From Escherichia coli (GTDB taxonomy: Bacteria > Pseudomonadota > Gammaproteobacteria > Enterobacterales > Enterobacteriaceae): 64,000 nucleotides of DNA. The DNA is taken from the NCBI RefSeq assembly GCF_011045215.1, contig NZ_CP049201.1. One strand, given 5' to 3'. This document shows, one piece after another, positions 8,818 through 17,930 of the stretch (within the stretch, counting starts at the first letter, position 1; each line of letters opens with the position of its first letter). Position numbers and translations under genes: made by a program. Below the pieces are notes generated by a model. It saw only the letters and a program-made list of their open reading frames with translations, was not told the origin of the DNA and searched no databases.

Positions 8818-9048
8818 TTAATGGAGTTTGTTTTGCTGCTGGATGAGCTGTTGAAGCTCGTGCAGATCATCCGCCAGATAGCTGAAAACAGAGGCGGAAT
8901 AAATGTTTGATAGTGCGTGGCTGCGCTCATGCCGCATATTGATGTGCATGATTTGCGCGACGCGTGATGCGCGGGAAAGTCTGCGGTTGATTTCAGTCTG
9001 GATGTGACGACGCTCCGCGATAGCGCGGTGCTGTTTGCGGTCTGCCAT
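8818..9048 (-). CDS. Hypothetical phage early-operon protein (76 aa)
   Basis: ORF with an AAGAGG Shine-Dalgarno ~8 nt upstream of the ATG. Basic, helical-looking sequence. Confidence 0.45.
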   Translation of the reverse strand: MADRKQHRAIAERRHIQTEINRRLSRASRVAQIMHINMRHERSHALSNIYSASVFSYLADDLHELQQLIQQQNKLH

Positions 9049-9370
9049 GGTGTGGCCTCTTTGCTCGGTGATAGAAATAACTCACCATCCAGAGTTGAGA
9101 ATCTCGGGGTGGCGAGACGTACAGGGTTCTCAACACCGGAGAGCAAAGAATCCGGCCCGACCGAAGTCGGCCCCGTACGCCCCGCCATAATTCTGACGCG
9201 AAAAAGACGTGGCAATACAGTACGCACAAAAAAACCGCTTGCGCGGTTATGCGCTTTGCTCTGTATCGGGTTGAGAATCCCGGCACCCGTTTTATGAGGT
9301 GCAGCGGAAATGTAACCTGACCGATTGAGGCATGGCAAGCGGTTTTTTTGTGTGTGCATGTTCTGGTTTC

Positions 9371-9670
9371 TTAGTGGTTCAGAAAAAAATCAAAAACCTT
9401 GTCAATGCGTTGCAGCAGCTCTTTCTGTATTGCTTCCGGCGTTTCCGGTTCGCCTGGCGCCTCCAACGTCGCGCAGAAATCCTCGATTTCATGACGGAGC
9501 GTCAGGCGAATGGCGAGAGGTGTGGTTTTGGCGTGCTCCAGCTGATCCAGCAGTGCCAGCACAGCAGACGGCGAGAGCATTGCGCGAAATGCCAGTAATT
9601 TTTGAGGAGTTGCCATTCGTTGCAGGGCAAATGCCAGTTCGCGTAGCTTCTGGTGGTTGGTGGTGCTCAT
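9371..9670 (-). CDS. Hypothetical phage early-operon protein (99 aa)
   Basis: ORF whose start overlaps the stop of the upstream gene (ATGA), typical of this operon. Confidence 0.55.
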   Translation of the reverse strand: MSTTNHQKLRELAFALQRMATPQKLLAFRAMLSPSAVLALLDQLEHAKTTPLAIRLTLRHEIEDFCATLEAPGEPETPEAIQKELLQRIDKVFDFFLNH

Positions 9671-9933
9671 GTTCTGGCTTCCTTCAGTAGCTGGTTAAAC
9701 ATGTGAGTAAGTGGATTGCTACACCCGAACGGCATCGGGTTTACGTGGTAAGAAGCCTGGCCTCCAGTTTTGCGAGCGCGACCACCTGTGCTGCGGTTTG
9801 TTCTGATGACTAAGCCGCCGCGCCAAAGTCGGCGTAACTCAGTATTAATAGCTGTGGTTGGGGTGTTCAATGCTGCGGCGATCTCTCCGCCGCTACACCC
9901 CGGATGAGTAGCGATGTAGTCCAGAATGGTCAT
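9667..9933 (-). CDS. Putative winged-helix DNA-binding protein (88 aa)
   Basis: The sequence ILDYIATHPGCSGGEIAAALNTPTTAINTELRRLWRGGLVIRT looks like a winged helix-turn-helix. Translationally coupled to both neighbours. Confidence 0.6.
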   Translation of the reverse strand: MTILDYIATHPGCSGGEIAAALNTPTTAINTELRRLWRGGLVIRTNRSTGGRARKTGGQASYHVNPMPFGCSNPLTHMFNQLLKEART

Positions 9934-10133
9934 CTGCGTGGCTCCTGTACCTGTCGGATAAGATTCACCCGCGCCACGTTGGTGGCGCAGAAGTAAGTGC
10001 CGTCAGTGAGGTAGATGTGGTGTGCATCCTTTTCCGAACGATGTTTGTCGATAGTGGTAATCAGGCGTTCGTCGACCTCGTATTCGCGCCCTCTGGAGGT
10101 AAAGCGAACGACGGGAAAATGCTTAATTGCCAT
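9930..10133 (-). CDS. Hypothetical phage protein (67 aa)
   Basis: ORF with a 4-nt overlap onto the downstream gene. Confidence 0.5.
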   Translation of the reverse strand: MAIKHFPVVRFTSRGREYEVDERLITTIDKHRSEKDAHHIYLTDGTYFCATNVARVNLIRQVQEPRR

Positions 10134-10156
10134 TGCGCCCCCTTTGTCCAGTAACC

Positions 10157-10573
10157 CTATGCGTTAAATACGGCACGTTGCGCGTCATCAATGAATACAG
10201 CTTGAGAGCGTTCTATCAGGCGGAGATTTGTCAGAAGCTCTGACTCTTTTGTGTGGTAAGGCGTTATCAGGTATTTGCCGTGCAGTTCGGCAATAATGGT
10301 GTATTGCAGCATCATTGCTGAACCAAGAATATAAATGCAGCGTCCAATGCTGGACGGATTCATGGCTGCAACTGTTGACTGTGTTTTAAGAGTGTCGATT
10401 TCTTTGCTCTGTTCCTCAATAATTTTGGCTGCGTCAGCGGTGATTTTTGCAATGGTCAGTGCGTGAAGTGCTGCCATATGTTGGCTACGCTTCACGGCAT
10501 CTTTAGCCATTTCATCTTCCGCTTCTGATATTTTTTTTAATGTGTCGATAATGCCTTCTTCTTTTGCGTTCAT
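10157..10573 (-). CDS. Hypothetical phage protein (138 aa)
   Basis: ORF with a GGAGAT Shine-Dalgarno upstream. No recognisable motif. Confidence 0.55.
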   Translation of the reverse strand: MNAKEEGIIDTLKKISEAEDEMAKDAVKRSQHMAALHALTIAKITADAAKIIEEQSKEIDTLKTQSTVAAMNPSSIGRCIYILGSAMMLQYTIIAELHGKYLITPYHTKESELLTNLRLIERSQAVFIDDAQRAVFNA

Positions 10574-10665
10574 TTTATATCTCCGTTATTTACGTGTGCG
10601 AATACCTCCGCGAATGCGGATAGTTTTCAGGTTTTCGGGTTTAATCTGGTGTTTTGTTTAAGCTG

Positions 10666-10779
10666 TTATTCGTCAGTGAAAAAGCGTTCAATCTTTTTTA
10701 CTGAATGAATAATTCGCATAATCCCAATGGCGCAGGCCACCGAAATAATCAGAACAAGCCATGAGATAAATATACTCAT
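10666..10779 (-). CDS. Possible small hydrophobic protein (37 aa, MSIFISWLVLIISVACAIGIMRIIHSVKKIERFFTDE)
   Basis: Not in the supplied ORF track; read by hand. Its ATG overlaps the stop of the upstream 80-aa gene (ATGA), and it encodes one predicted transmembrane helix. Confidence 0.35.
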   Translation of the reverse strand: MSIFISWLVLIISVACAIGIMRIIHSVKKIERFFTDE

Positions 10780-11018
10780 GCGATATTCCCCAGCTTATAC
10801 GGTTCAATGTGTTCCCCGCATTCTGCGGCACAGATCAGCTCGGAAAGTTCGTTAAGTGCATCCAGATCATCAGCGTAAAAAGCGACGTCATACAAACTCC
10901 GGATTGCCCTGGTCAATGAGTCACGGGCTGCACGTTCAGCATGAGCGCCTGATGCACTTAAGCGAAAATAAAATCGTTCAAGTGCTTTATTAATGAGAGT
11001 TTTATATTCTTTGCCCAT
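10776..11018 (-). CDS. Hypothetical phage protein (80 aa)
   Basis: ORF in the operon series. Confidence 0.5.
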   Translation of the reverse strand: MGKEYKTLINKALERFYFRLSASGAHAERAARDSLTRAIRSLYDVAFYADDLDALNELSELICAAECGEHIEPYKLGNIA

Positions 11019-11029
11019 CGCAACGCCCT

Positions 11030-11308
11030 TTAATCTGCTTTCTGAATTTCAGCTTCTGAATCCATACAAATAATTTCGATATAGGGTTCATCGCCATTAA
11101 CCTGACGTGCCTTTTCAGCTTCGCTAATGATTTCTCGTACGGTCTGGTACGGAAGCTCCACAGTCAGGCGCGTACCGTTCAGATAAACGTAAGTAGCTGC
11201 GTTTTTTTCTGATGGGACGACTCCATCAATAGCTGATGCGCGTAATAACAGTTCACCGCGAAAATCAATAAAACGGATAAATACACCTTGTGCATGCTCT
11301 TTGGCCAT
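11030..11308 (-). CDS. Hypothetical phage protein (92 aa from ATG at 11308)
   Basis: The track ORF runs to 11407, but the ATG at 11308 has an AGGTG Shine-Dalgarno and avoids overlapping the upstream gene. Confidence 0.5.
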   Translation of the reverse strand: MAKEHAQGVFIRFIDFRGELLLRASAIDGVVPSEKNAATYVYLNGTRLTVELPYQTVREIISEAEKARQVNGDEPYIEIICMDSEAEIQKAD

Positions 11309-11318
11309 AAAGCACCTG

Positions 11319-11777
11319 TTATAAATCAGCCTGTTTAATGAAATTCTGTCCGCGCAGCAGACGATCAACCGTGCGTAGCGCTTCGTACAATGTGAAATCC
11401 TGCCCAAACTGATTGTCGCCGTTGCTCAGAGCAAAAATGCGGTTTCCGGTAAATGGGTTGTGCGGGCATCTGTGAACCACGATTCCAGCTTTCTCAATCA
11501 GCCAGGTGTGTTCACCAATTTGTTTTACGGGATGGCCATCAGGTGTGGCGTGTGTTTCGCTCAAGCTGTAGCGAGAGTTGCTACGCGATGCACTGTTAGC
11601 GAAACGGTTAGCATGGTGTTCCGCCCCGTTGCGGAAGCGTTGCTGTGAAGAATTGCACTGTTGCTTCATGTCAAAAACTCCGTACCTATTTACTTCCCCG
11701 GCATAACGCCCATTTTCAAAGTAATTGCGACGAAATCCCGTGTTGTGGGGCTTGCCATTTCGCTGCTGCTTACTCAT
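11319..11777 (-). CDS. Hypothetical phage protein (~152 aa from ATG at 11777)
   Basis: The track ORF starts at a TTG at 11804. The ATG at 11777 (MSKQQ...) has a GAGG Shine-Dalgarno and does not overlap the upstream gene. Confidence 0.5.
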   Translation of the reverse strand: MSKQQRNGKPHNTGFRRNYFENGRYAGEVNRYGVFDMKQQCNSSQQRFRNGAEHHANRFANSASRSNSRYSLSETHATPDGHPVKQIGEHTWLIEKAGIVVHRCPHNPFTGNRIFALSNGDNQFGQDFTLYEALRTVDRLLRGQNFIKQADL

Positions 11778-11788
11778 TTTTCGTGCCT

Positions 11789-11995
11789 CTACCCGATGAG
11801 CCAAATAACAAACGCTGTGAGCACCGCACCAATGGTGATCGGAAAAAGACCTCTGGCATAAGCGGCGAGGTAATGAACGTTGAGAACAATAAAGCGTTCT
11901 TTTTGTCCTGTTAGCTTGCTAAGCAGATAAATCGCTATTACACCCACTTCTAGGAATACAAGGTCCAAAATGGCGCTGGTGATATTGTTGGTCAT
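11789..11995 (-). CDS. Small membrane protein (68 aa, two hydrophobic helices)
   Basis: ORF directly downstream of the cox-like gene. Hydrophobic composition. Confidence 0.5.
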   Translation of the reverse strand: MTNNITSAILDLVFLEVGVIAIYLLSKLTGQKERFIVLNVHYLAAYARGLFPITIGAVLTAFVIWLIG

Positions 11996-12001
11996 TTATG
12001 A

Positions 12002-12289
12002 TTAAAGCCCCAGCCACAACAACCATGCATCGCGGCGTTCTTTCGGCTGATCAAAAAACGCTTTGCGCATACCTGCGTTAAATGCTGGCAGATATACCCA
12101 GTTTTCTGATGCTCGCGTCTTCACTGAACCTGGTTTCACAAAGTCAATCGTTGGTAATTTTGCAGCGTCAATCATGGTTCTGACGGTTGATTCTTTGCGA
12201 CCAATCATCTTGGCAAATAGTTGATATGGCACCGCTTCAAGTGGATATGGTGCTACCTGAATGAACCCCTCAAGCTCTGATTCGCTCAT
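12002..12289 (-). CDS. cox: Cox-like excisionase / lytic-switch regulator (P2 Cox family)
   Basis: The segment PYQLFAKMIGRKESTVRTMIDAAKLPTIDF...NWVYLPAFNAGMRKAF...RDAWLLWLGL resembles remembered P2 Cox. It is the first gene of the leftward operon, divergent from the repressor gene. Start chosen at MSESE (AAGGAG Shine-Dalgarno); the track ORF extends to 12325. Confidence 0.75.
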   Translation of the reverse strand: MSESELEGFIQVAPYPLEAVPYQLFAKMIGRKESTVRTMIDAAKLPTIDFVKPGSVKTRASENWVYLPAFNAGMRKAFFDQPKERRDAWLLWLGL

Positions 12290-12404
12290 TGTGGTAATCT
12301 CCTTAATTCGTCCAAATGGCCCCAAATGGCTTATATAGGCTTATTTTGGCTATTTGAATGTTTTGTATTACATGTAACCCAATAGCGTGGAGTTTAGATC
12401 ACAT
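12290..12404. promoter_or_regulatory. Divergent early/repressor promoter-operator region (Pe/Pc-type immunity switch)
   Basis: 115-bp AT-rich intergenic region between the divergent cox-like and C-like genes. It carries tandem CCAAATGGC repeats (12312-12320, 12322-12330) and GGCTTA repeats. Confidence 0.6.
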
Positions 12405-12725
12405 ATGATCCATAAATCAAGCCTTGGAGAAAAACTTCGCCTGATTCGAGAGGCAGAGGGATTGTCACGTAGAGAGATGGAAGAGGTGACAGGGGTATCT
12501 CAAAACAATCTCAAAAATTATGAAATATTGGGAAGAATGATACCTGGAGAAACGCTACTCCTGATTTTGAATCATCCTCGTTTTCGGAAGTATTCGGATT
12601 GGGTGATGTTTAATCAAACTAATGCTGCGACGGGGCAGATTGCTCCGCCTCTCTCTCTTGATGGCTTCTTCGATTCGGAGGGCGATCAGGTTTCAACCGA
12701 AACAAACCAAAAATCACCCCGCTAA
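12405..12725 (+). CDS. Immunity repressor, P2 C-like (HTH)
   Basis: The segment LSRREMEEVTGVSQNNLKNYE...RFRKYSDWVMFNQTNAATGQIAPPLS resembles remembered P2 C (LSRQQLADLTGVPYGTLSYYE...QFTKYTLWFMTNQIAPESGQIAPAL). Start placed at the ATG at 12405; the track GTG at 12387 lacks a Shine-Dalgarno. Confidence 0.75.
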   Translation: MIHKSSLGEKLRLIREAEGLSRREMEEVTGVSQNNLKNYEILGRMIPGETLLLILNHPRFRKYSDWVMFNQTNAATGQIAPPLSLDGFFDSEGDQVSTETNQKSPR

Positions 12726-12821
12726 GGCCAGAAAACTGGTTAGACCTGCTCTTTGTCTGGTCTGATTATTGCTGGAAAGAGGCTGGAGAAATTGTAGAGC
12801 GGTTCATTGGAGGGCTTCGCA

Positions 12822-13826
12822 ATGTCAATTAAGAAGCTCGAAGATGGTCGTTATTTGCTGGACATCAGGCCGAACGGACGCAAGGGAAAGCGCGTGCGTA
12901 AGGTATTTGACAAAAAATCGGTAGCGGTGGCCACTGAACGCTACATCATGGCGAACGCTGAAAAGCGGGAATATATACAGGGCTACCGTGATCGCCGAAC
13001 GCTAAATGATTTGCTTGAGTTGTGGTGGATGTATCACGGTCAACACAGGCGTAAGGCGGAAGAAGACCGAAAACAACTGCGCAACATAATCAATGAGCTT
13101 GGCGCTGATATGCAGGCTGTGGATCTTGATAAGCTGAAAATTATCGCGTGGCGTTCTCAAAAGATAGCTGATGGATTGAAACCGTCATCTGCTAACAGAT
13201 ACATGAATCGGTTATCCGGAATGTTTACCGTACTGAAGAAAATAGGCCTCTGGGATGCAGAACATCCGGTAAGGGGAATTTCTATTCTTTATGTATCTCC
13301 ACGAGAAATGGCTTTCCTGTCCCAGAAGGAAGTGGCGCTATTGCTCGATACACTGGAGGGCGATTACTGGCGTGTTGCGCTTTTGTGTTTAAGCACGGGG
13401 GCGCGCTGGAGTGAAGCTTGTAAGCTTCGTGGTGAACAGATAGTTCATAACCGTGTAACGTTTCTTGAAACCAAAAATGGCCGAAAGAGAACAGTGCCAA
13501 TTTCGCAGGCAGTTTGTGAGGCGATCAAAACCAGAGAAACAGGCGGCTTGTTTGAGGTGAAGTACCGGGAATTCTGCTTGGCGCTGAAAAGAGTTAAGCC
13601 CGATTTGCCAAAAGGCCAGGCTGCACATGTGCTGCGGCATACGTTCGCCAGCCATTTTGTGATGAACGGAGGAAACATTATTGCGCTTCAGAAGATTCTT
13701 GGCCACGCAACCATTCAGCAAACAATGGCATATGCACATTTTGCACCGGATTACCTGCAGGATGCGGTGGCCCTTAATCCGCTGAAAGGTGGCGTGAGTG
13801 TCCACGCAGTGTCCACGGGGGATTAA
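12822..13826 (+). CDS. int: Tyrosine integrase, P2 Int family
   Basis: The N-terminus MSIKKLEDGRYLLDIRPNGRKGKRVRK and C-terminal HVLRHTFASHF...MAYAHFAPDYLQDAVALNPL (catalytic His/Arg/Tyr region) closely resemble remembered P2 Int. GGAGGG Shine-Dalgarno 7 nt upstream of the ATG; the track TTG at 12807 is an alternative start. Confidence 0.9.
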   Translation: MSIKKLEDGRYLLDIRPNGRKGKRVRKVFDKKSVAVATERYIMANAEKREYIQGYRDRRTLNDLLELWWMYHGQHRRKAEEDRKQLRNIINELGADMQAVDLDKLKIIAWRSQKIADGLKPSSANRYMNRLSGMFTVLKKIGLWDAEHPVRGISILYVSPREMAFLSQKEVALLLDTLEGDYWRVALLCLSTGARWSEACKLRGEQIVHNRVTFLETKNGRKRTVPISQAVCEAIKTRETGGLFEVKYREFCLALKRVKPDLPKGQAAHVLRHTFASHFVMNGGNIIALQKILGHATIQQTMAYAHFAPDYLQDAVALNPLKGGVSVHAVSTGD

Positions 13827-13984
13827 TTTTATATAGCCTGAAACGGCTTAAAGGGCGATACTGAATAACAATTTTTCAGTATTGCCCGTCTAAATGGTTA
13901 TGTTGTTATCTGTATGATTATGAATGTTTTTTCAGATTAAACAGCAGTTTGCAAATGGGCGTTTGTTAATAAAGGAGCCTTAGA

Positions 13985-15142
13985 TTGTCAGAGACTGAAA
14001 AAGGGTTAAAAATCCTTGTTGATGAAAATATGCCTTATGCCCGCGACTTATTTAGCCGTTTGGGTGAGGTGATCGCGGTTCCCGGGCGTCCAATCCCCGT
14101 CGCTCAACTGGCAGACGCGGATGCGCTGATGGTGCGTTCGGTCACGAAAGTGAATGAATCTTTGCTGGCAGGAAAACCCATTAAATTTGTTGGCACTGCC
14201 ACTGCGGGGACCGACCATGTCGATGAAGCATGGTTGAAGCAGGCGGGAATTGGTTTTTCCGCTGCACCTGGCTGTAATGCGATTGCGGTGGTGGAATATG
14301 TTTTCTCCTCCCTGCTGATGCTTGCCGAACGCGATGGATTTTCACTGCACGAGCGTACCGTGGGGATCGTAGGCGTTGGTAACGTTGGTCGGCGTTTACA
14401 GGCACGACTGGAAGCGTTAGGGATTAAAACCTTACTTTGCGATCCGCCTCGCGCCGACTGTGGGGATGAGGGTGATTTCCGCTCGCTGGATGAGTTAGTC
14501 CAGCGCGCGGATATTCTGACTTTCCATACGCCACTCTTCAAAGACGGGCCGTACAAAACGCTGCATCTGGCGGATGAAAAACTGATCCGTAGCCTGAAGC
14601 CCGGAGCGATTCTGATTAACGCCTGCCGTGGCGCAGTCGTCGATAATACCGCGCTGCTGACCTGCCTGAATGAAGGCCAGAAGTTAAGCGTAGTGCTGGA
14701 TGTCTGGGAAGGCGAACCGGAACTAAATGTGGAATTGCTGACAAAAGTGGATATCGGCACGCCGCATATTGCAGGCTATACCCTGGAAGGTAAAGCACGC
14801 GGTACTACGCAAGTGTTTGAAGCCTATAGCAAGTTTATTGGGCATGAACAGCACGTTGCGCTGGATACATTACTGCCCGCGCCAGAGTTTGGTCGCATTA
14901 CTCTGCATGGACCGCTCGATCAACCGACGCTGAAAAAGCTGGTGCATTTGGTGTATGATGTGCGCCGCGATGACGCACCGTTGCGTAAAGTCGCCGGGAT
15001 ACCGGGTGAGTTCGATAAACTGCGCAAAAACTATCTTGAGCGCCGTGAATGGTCATCTCTGTATGTAATTTGTGATGACGCCAGTGCGGCATCATTGCTG
15101 TGTAAACTGGGTTTTAACGCCGTTCATCATCCGGCACGTTAA
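13985..15142 (+). CDS. pdxB: Erythronate-4-phosphate dehydrogenase
   Basis: The translation matches remembered E. coli PdxB throughout ([21 protein letters not shown]...). Start uncertain: TTG at 13985 with an AGGAG Shine-Dalgarno, or ATG at 14012. The codon preceding Lys-Ile-Leu is TTA, not a start codon. Confidence 0.9.
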   Translation: MSETEKGLKILVDENMPYARDLFSRLGEVIAVPGRPIPVAQLADADALMVRSVTKVNESLLAGKPIKFVGTATAGTDHVDEAWLKQAGIGFSAAPGCNAIAVVEYVFSSLLMLAERDGFSLHERTVGIVGVGNVGRRLQARLEALGIKTLLCDPPRADCGDEGDFRSLDELVQRADILTFHTPLFKDGPYKTLHLADEKLIRSLKPGAILINACRGAVVDNTALLTCLNEGQKLSVVLDVWEGEPELNVELLTKVDIGTPHIAGYTLEGKARGTTQVFEAYSKFIGHEQHVALDTLLPAPEFGRITLHGPLDQPTLKKLVHLVYDVRRDDAPLRKVAGIPGEFDKLRKNYLERREWSSLYVICDDASAASLLCKLGFNAVHHPAR

Positions 15143-15207
15143 TCTCTTCTTCATGCTCTCTGCTGTAACATTGGCAGGGAGCTTTGCTATTTCTGGAGTA
15201 AACCACC

Positions 15208-16221
15208 ATGTCTGAAGGCTGGAACATTGCCGTCCTGGGCGCAACTGGCGCTGTGGGCGAAGCCCTGCTTGAAACGCTGGCTGAACGTCAGTTCCCGGTT
15301 GGGGAAATTTATGCACTGGCACGTAACGAAAGCGCAGGCGAACAACTGCGCTTTGGTGGTAAGACAATCACCGTGCAGGATGCTGCTGAATTCGACTGGA
15401 CGCAGGCGCAGCTGGCATTTTTTGTCGCAGGCAAAGAAGCTACCGCTGCCTGGGTTGAAGAAGCGACCAACTCAGGTTGCCTGGTGATCGACAGCAGCGG
15501 ACTGTTTGCTCTCGAACCCGACGTACCGCTGGTGGTGCCGGAAGTAAACCCGTTTGTACTGACCGATTACCGCAACCGGAATGTCATCGCCGTACCGGAC
15601 AGTCTGACCAGTCAGTTGCTGGCGGCACTGAAACCGTTAATCGATCAGGGCGGTTTATCACGTATCAGCGTTACCAGCCTGATTTCAGCCTCCGCCCAGG
15701 GCAAAAAAGCGGTCGATGCGTTAGCGGGACAGAGTGCTAAATTGCTCAACGGCATTCCGATTGACGAAGAAGATTTCTTCGGGCGTCAGCTGGCGTTCAA
15801 CATGCTGCCGTTACTGCCGGATAGCGAAGGTAGCGTGCGTGAAGAACGTCGTATCGTTGACGAAGTACGCAAAATCCTGCAGGACGAAGGACTGATGATT
15901 TCGGCAAGCGTCGTCCAGGCACCGGTATTCTACGGTCATGCCCAGATGGTCAACTTTGAAGCTCTGCGTCCACTGGCAGCAGAAGAAGCGCGTGATGCGT
16001 TTGTTCAAGGGGAAGATATTGTGCTCTCTGAAGAGAACGAATTCCCAACTCAGGTAGGGGATGCTTCGGGTACGCCGCATCTTTCTGTTGGCTGCGTGCG
16101 TAATGACTACGGTATGCCGGAGCAAGTCCAGTTCTGGTCGGTGGCCGATAACGTTCGCTTTGGCGGCGCGCTGATGGCAGTAAAAATCGCCGAGAAACTG
16201 GTGCAGGAGTATCTGTACTAA
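15208..16221 (+). CDS. usg: Aspartate-semialdehyde dehydrogenase paralogue Usg
   Basis: 337 aa with N-terminus [21 protein letters not shown]. Conserved position between pdxB and truA. Confidence 0.9.
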
Positions 16222-17033
16222 TGTCCGACCAGCAACAACCGCCAGTTTATAAAATTGCGCTGGGCATTGAGTACGACGGCAGTAAGTATTACGGCTGGCA
16301 ACGGCAGAACGAAGTTCGCAGTGTGCAGGAGAAGCTGGAAAAGGCGCTCTCCCAGGTGGCGAACGAACCCATCACCGTCTTCTGCGCCGGGCGTACTGAC
16401 GCAGGGGTACACGGTACCGGGCAGGTTGTGCATTTCGAAACTACCGCGCAGCGCAAAGACGCTGCGTGGACGTTGGGCGTAAATGCGAATTTACCTGGTG
16501 ACATCGCCGTGCGTTGGGTTAAAGCTGTACCTGATGATTTTCATGCCCGATTTAGCGCCACGGCTCGCCGTTATCGCTACATCATCTACAATCATCGGCT
16601 GCGCCCGGCGGTACTGAGTAAAGGGGTAACCCATTTTTACGAACCGCTGGACGCTGAACGGATGCATCGGGCTGCGCAATGCTTGCTGGGCGAGAATGAT
16701 TTCACCTCGTTCCGTGCGGTGCAGTGCCAGTCCCGAACCCCGTGGCGCAACGTTATGCATATTAATGTCACGCGTCACGGTCCTTATGTGGTGGTTGATA
16801 TCAAAGCGAATGCCTTTGTACATCATATGGTCAGGAATATTGTCGGCAGCCTGATGGAAGTCGGTGCCCACAACCAGCCGGAGAGCTGGATAGCAGAGTT
16901 GCTGGCGGCAAAGGACAGAACGCTGGCGGCAGCAACGGCAAAAGCGGAAGGGCTGTATCTGGTCGCGGTGGATTACCCTGACCGGTATGATCTTCCAAAA
17001 CCGCCAATGGGCCCGCTATTTCTGGCGGACTAA
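16221..17033 (+). CDS. truA: tRNA pseudouridine(38-40) synthase
   Basis: 270 aa starting [29 protein letters not shown]. Overlaps the usg stop by 1 nt. Confidence 0.95.
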   Translation: MSDQQQPPVYKIALGIEYDGSKYYGWQRQNEVRSVQEKLEKALSQVANEPITVFCAGRTDAGVHGTGQVVHFETTAQRKDAAWTLGVNANLPGDIAVRWVKAVPDDFHARFSATARRYRYIIYNHRLRPAVLSKGVTHFYEPLDAERMHRAAQCLLGENDFTSFRAVQCQSRTPWRNVMHINVTRHGPYVVVDIKANAFVHHMVRNIVGSLMEVGAHNQPESWIAELLAAKDRTLAAATAKAEGLYLVAVDYPDRYDLPKPPMGPLFLAD

Positions 17034-17115
17034 CGAGAATAATGCTCGGAACATTTCAGGCTGTAGCCAACGTAGTTACAGCCTGAAAGATGACGAGTAC
17101 AAGGCATAGGCAAAT

Positions 17116-17775
17116 ATGGACCTGATTTATTTCCTCATCGATTTTATCCTGCACATTGACGTGCATCTGGCAGAGCTGGTCGCGGAGTACGGCGTCTGGG
17201 TTTATGCCATTTTGTTCTTAATTTTGTTCTGTGAAACCGGTCTGGTGGTAACGCCGTTTTTACCGGGTGATTCATTGCTGTTTGTTGCCGGAGCGTTGGC
17301 ATCACTGGAAACCAACGATCTCAACGTCCATATGATGGTGGTGCTGATGCTGATCGCCGCGATTGTGGGTGACGCGGTCAATTACACAATCGGGCGGTTG
17401 TTCGGTGAAAAGTTATTCAGTAATCCCAATTCGAAAATTTTCCGTCGCAGTTATCTCGACAAAACCCATCAGTTTTATGAGAAACATGGCGGCAAAACGA
17501 TTATTCTCGCCCGTTTTGTGCCGATCGTCAGAACGTTCGCCCCGTTTGTTGCGGGAATGGGCCACATGTCGTACCGTCATTTCGCTGCTTATAACGTGAT
17601 CGGCGCACTGTTGTGGGTACTGCTTTTTACCTACGCAGGCTATTTCTTCGGTACAATCCCGATGGTTCAGGATAACCTTAAGCTGCTGATCGTCGGGATT
17701 ATTGTGGTTTCTATTTTGCCGGGCGTCATCGAAATAATCCGTCACAAACGCGCTGCGGCACGCGCCGCAAAATAA
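17116..17775 (+). CDS. dedA: DedA family inner-membrane protein
   Basis: 219 aa hydrophobic protein in the conserved position. Confidence 0.9.
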   Translation: MDLIYFLIDFILHIDVHLAELVAEYGVWVYAILFLILFCETGLVVTPFLPGDSLLFVAGALASLETNDLNVHMMVVLMLIAAIVGDAVNYTIGRLFGEKLFSNPNSKIFRRSYLDKTHQFYEKHGGKTIILARFVPIVRTFAPFVAGMGHMSYRHFAAYNVIGALLWVLLFTYAGYFFGTIPMVQDNLKLLIVGIIVVSILPGVIEIIRHKRAAARAAK

Positions 17776-17930
17776 AAAGTAACTCCGCGGTTCGACCACT
17801 TTTTTATCCAAAGTTTCGGGCTGTTATGTTTTAATGTGCAACATTCATGGTCTGTTGGGGGCAAAAATGGCATTATGCGTCCCCAAAGATAAAACTGGCA
17901 TCGAACCAGGTTCAGACAGAAAGGTCCCTA

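Larger units (their letters stand above)
1..13980. mobile_element. Right arm of an integrated P2-family prophage (terminase/portal ... replication gene A ... cox/C switch ... integrase); left boundary lies outside the window
   Basis: Gene order and orientation match the P2 prophage map (P->Q toward cos, leftward cox-B-A-type early operon, rightward C->int next to the attachment site). Int, C, Cox, gpA and portal translations resemble remembered P2 proteins. The right boundary is set by the int stop (13826) and the start of pdxB. Confidence 0.8.

Noticed and set aside
8742-9359. 205-aa minus-strand ORF spanning the early-operon non-coding island
   Set aside because: Overlaps two better-supported genes in other frames and has a low-complexity Ser/Thr/Arg-rich translation; treated as non-coding (see the 9049-9370 finding).
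9049-9370. Possible retron (msr/msd) in the repeat-rich non-coding island
   Set aside because: No reverse-transcriptase ORF is adjacent and the inverted repeats do not flank a region in the a1/a2 arrangement, so it is kept as an unassigned non-coding element.
13827-13984. tRNA or tmRNA gene as the prophage integration target
   Set aside because: No cloverleaf-compatible sequence (acceptor stem, T-loop GTTC, CCA context) in the int-pdxB spacer or anywhere in the window.
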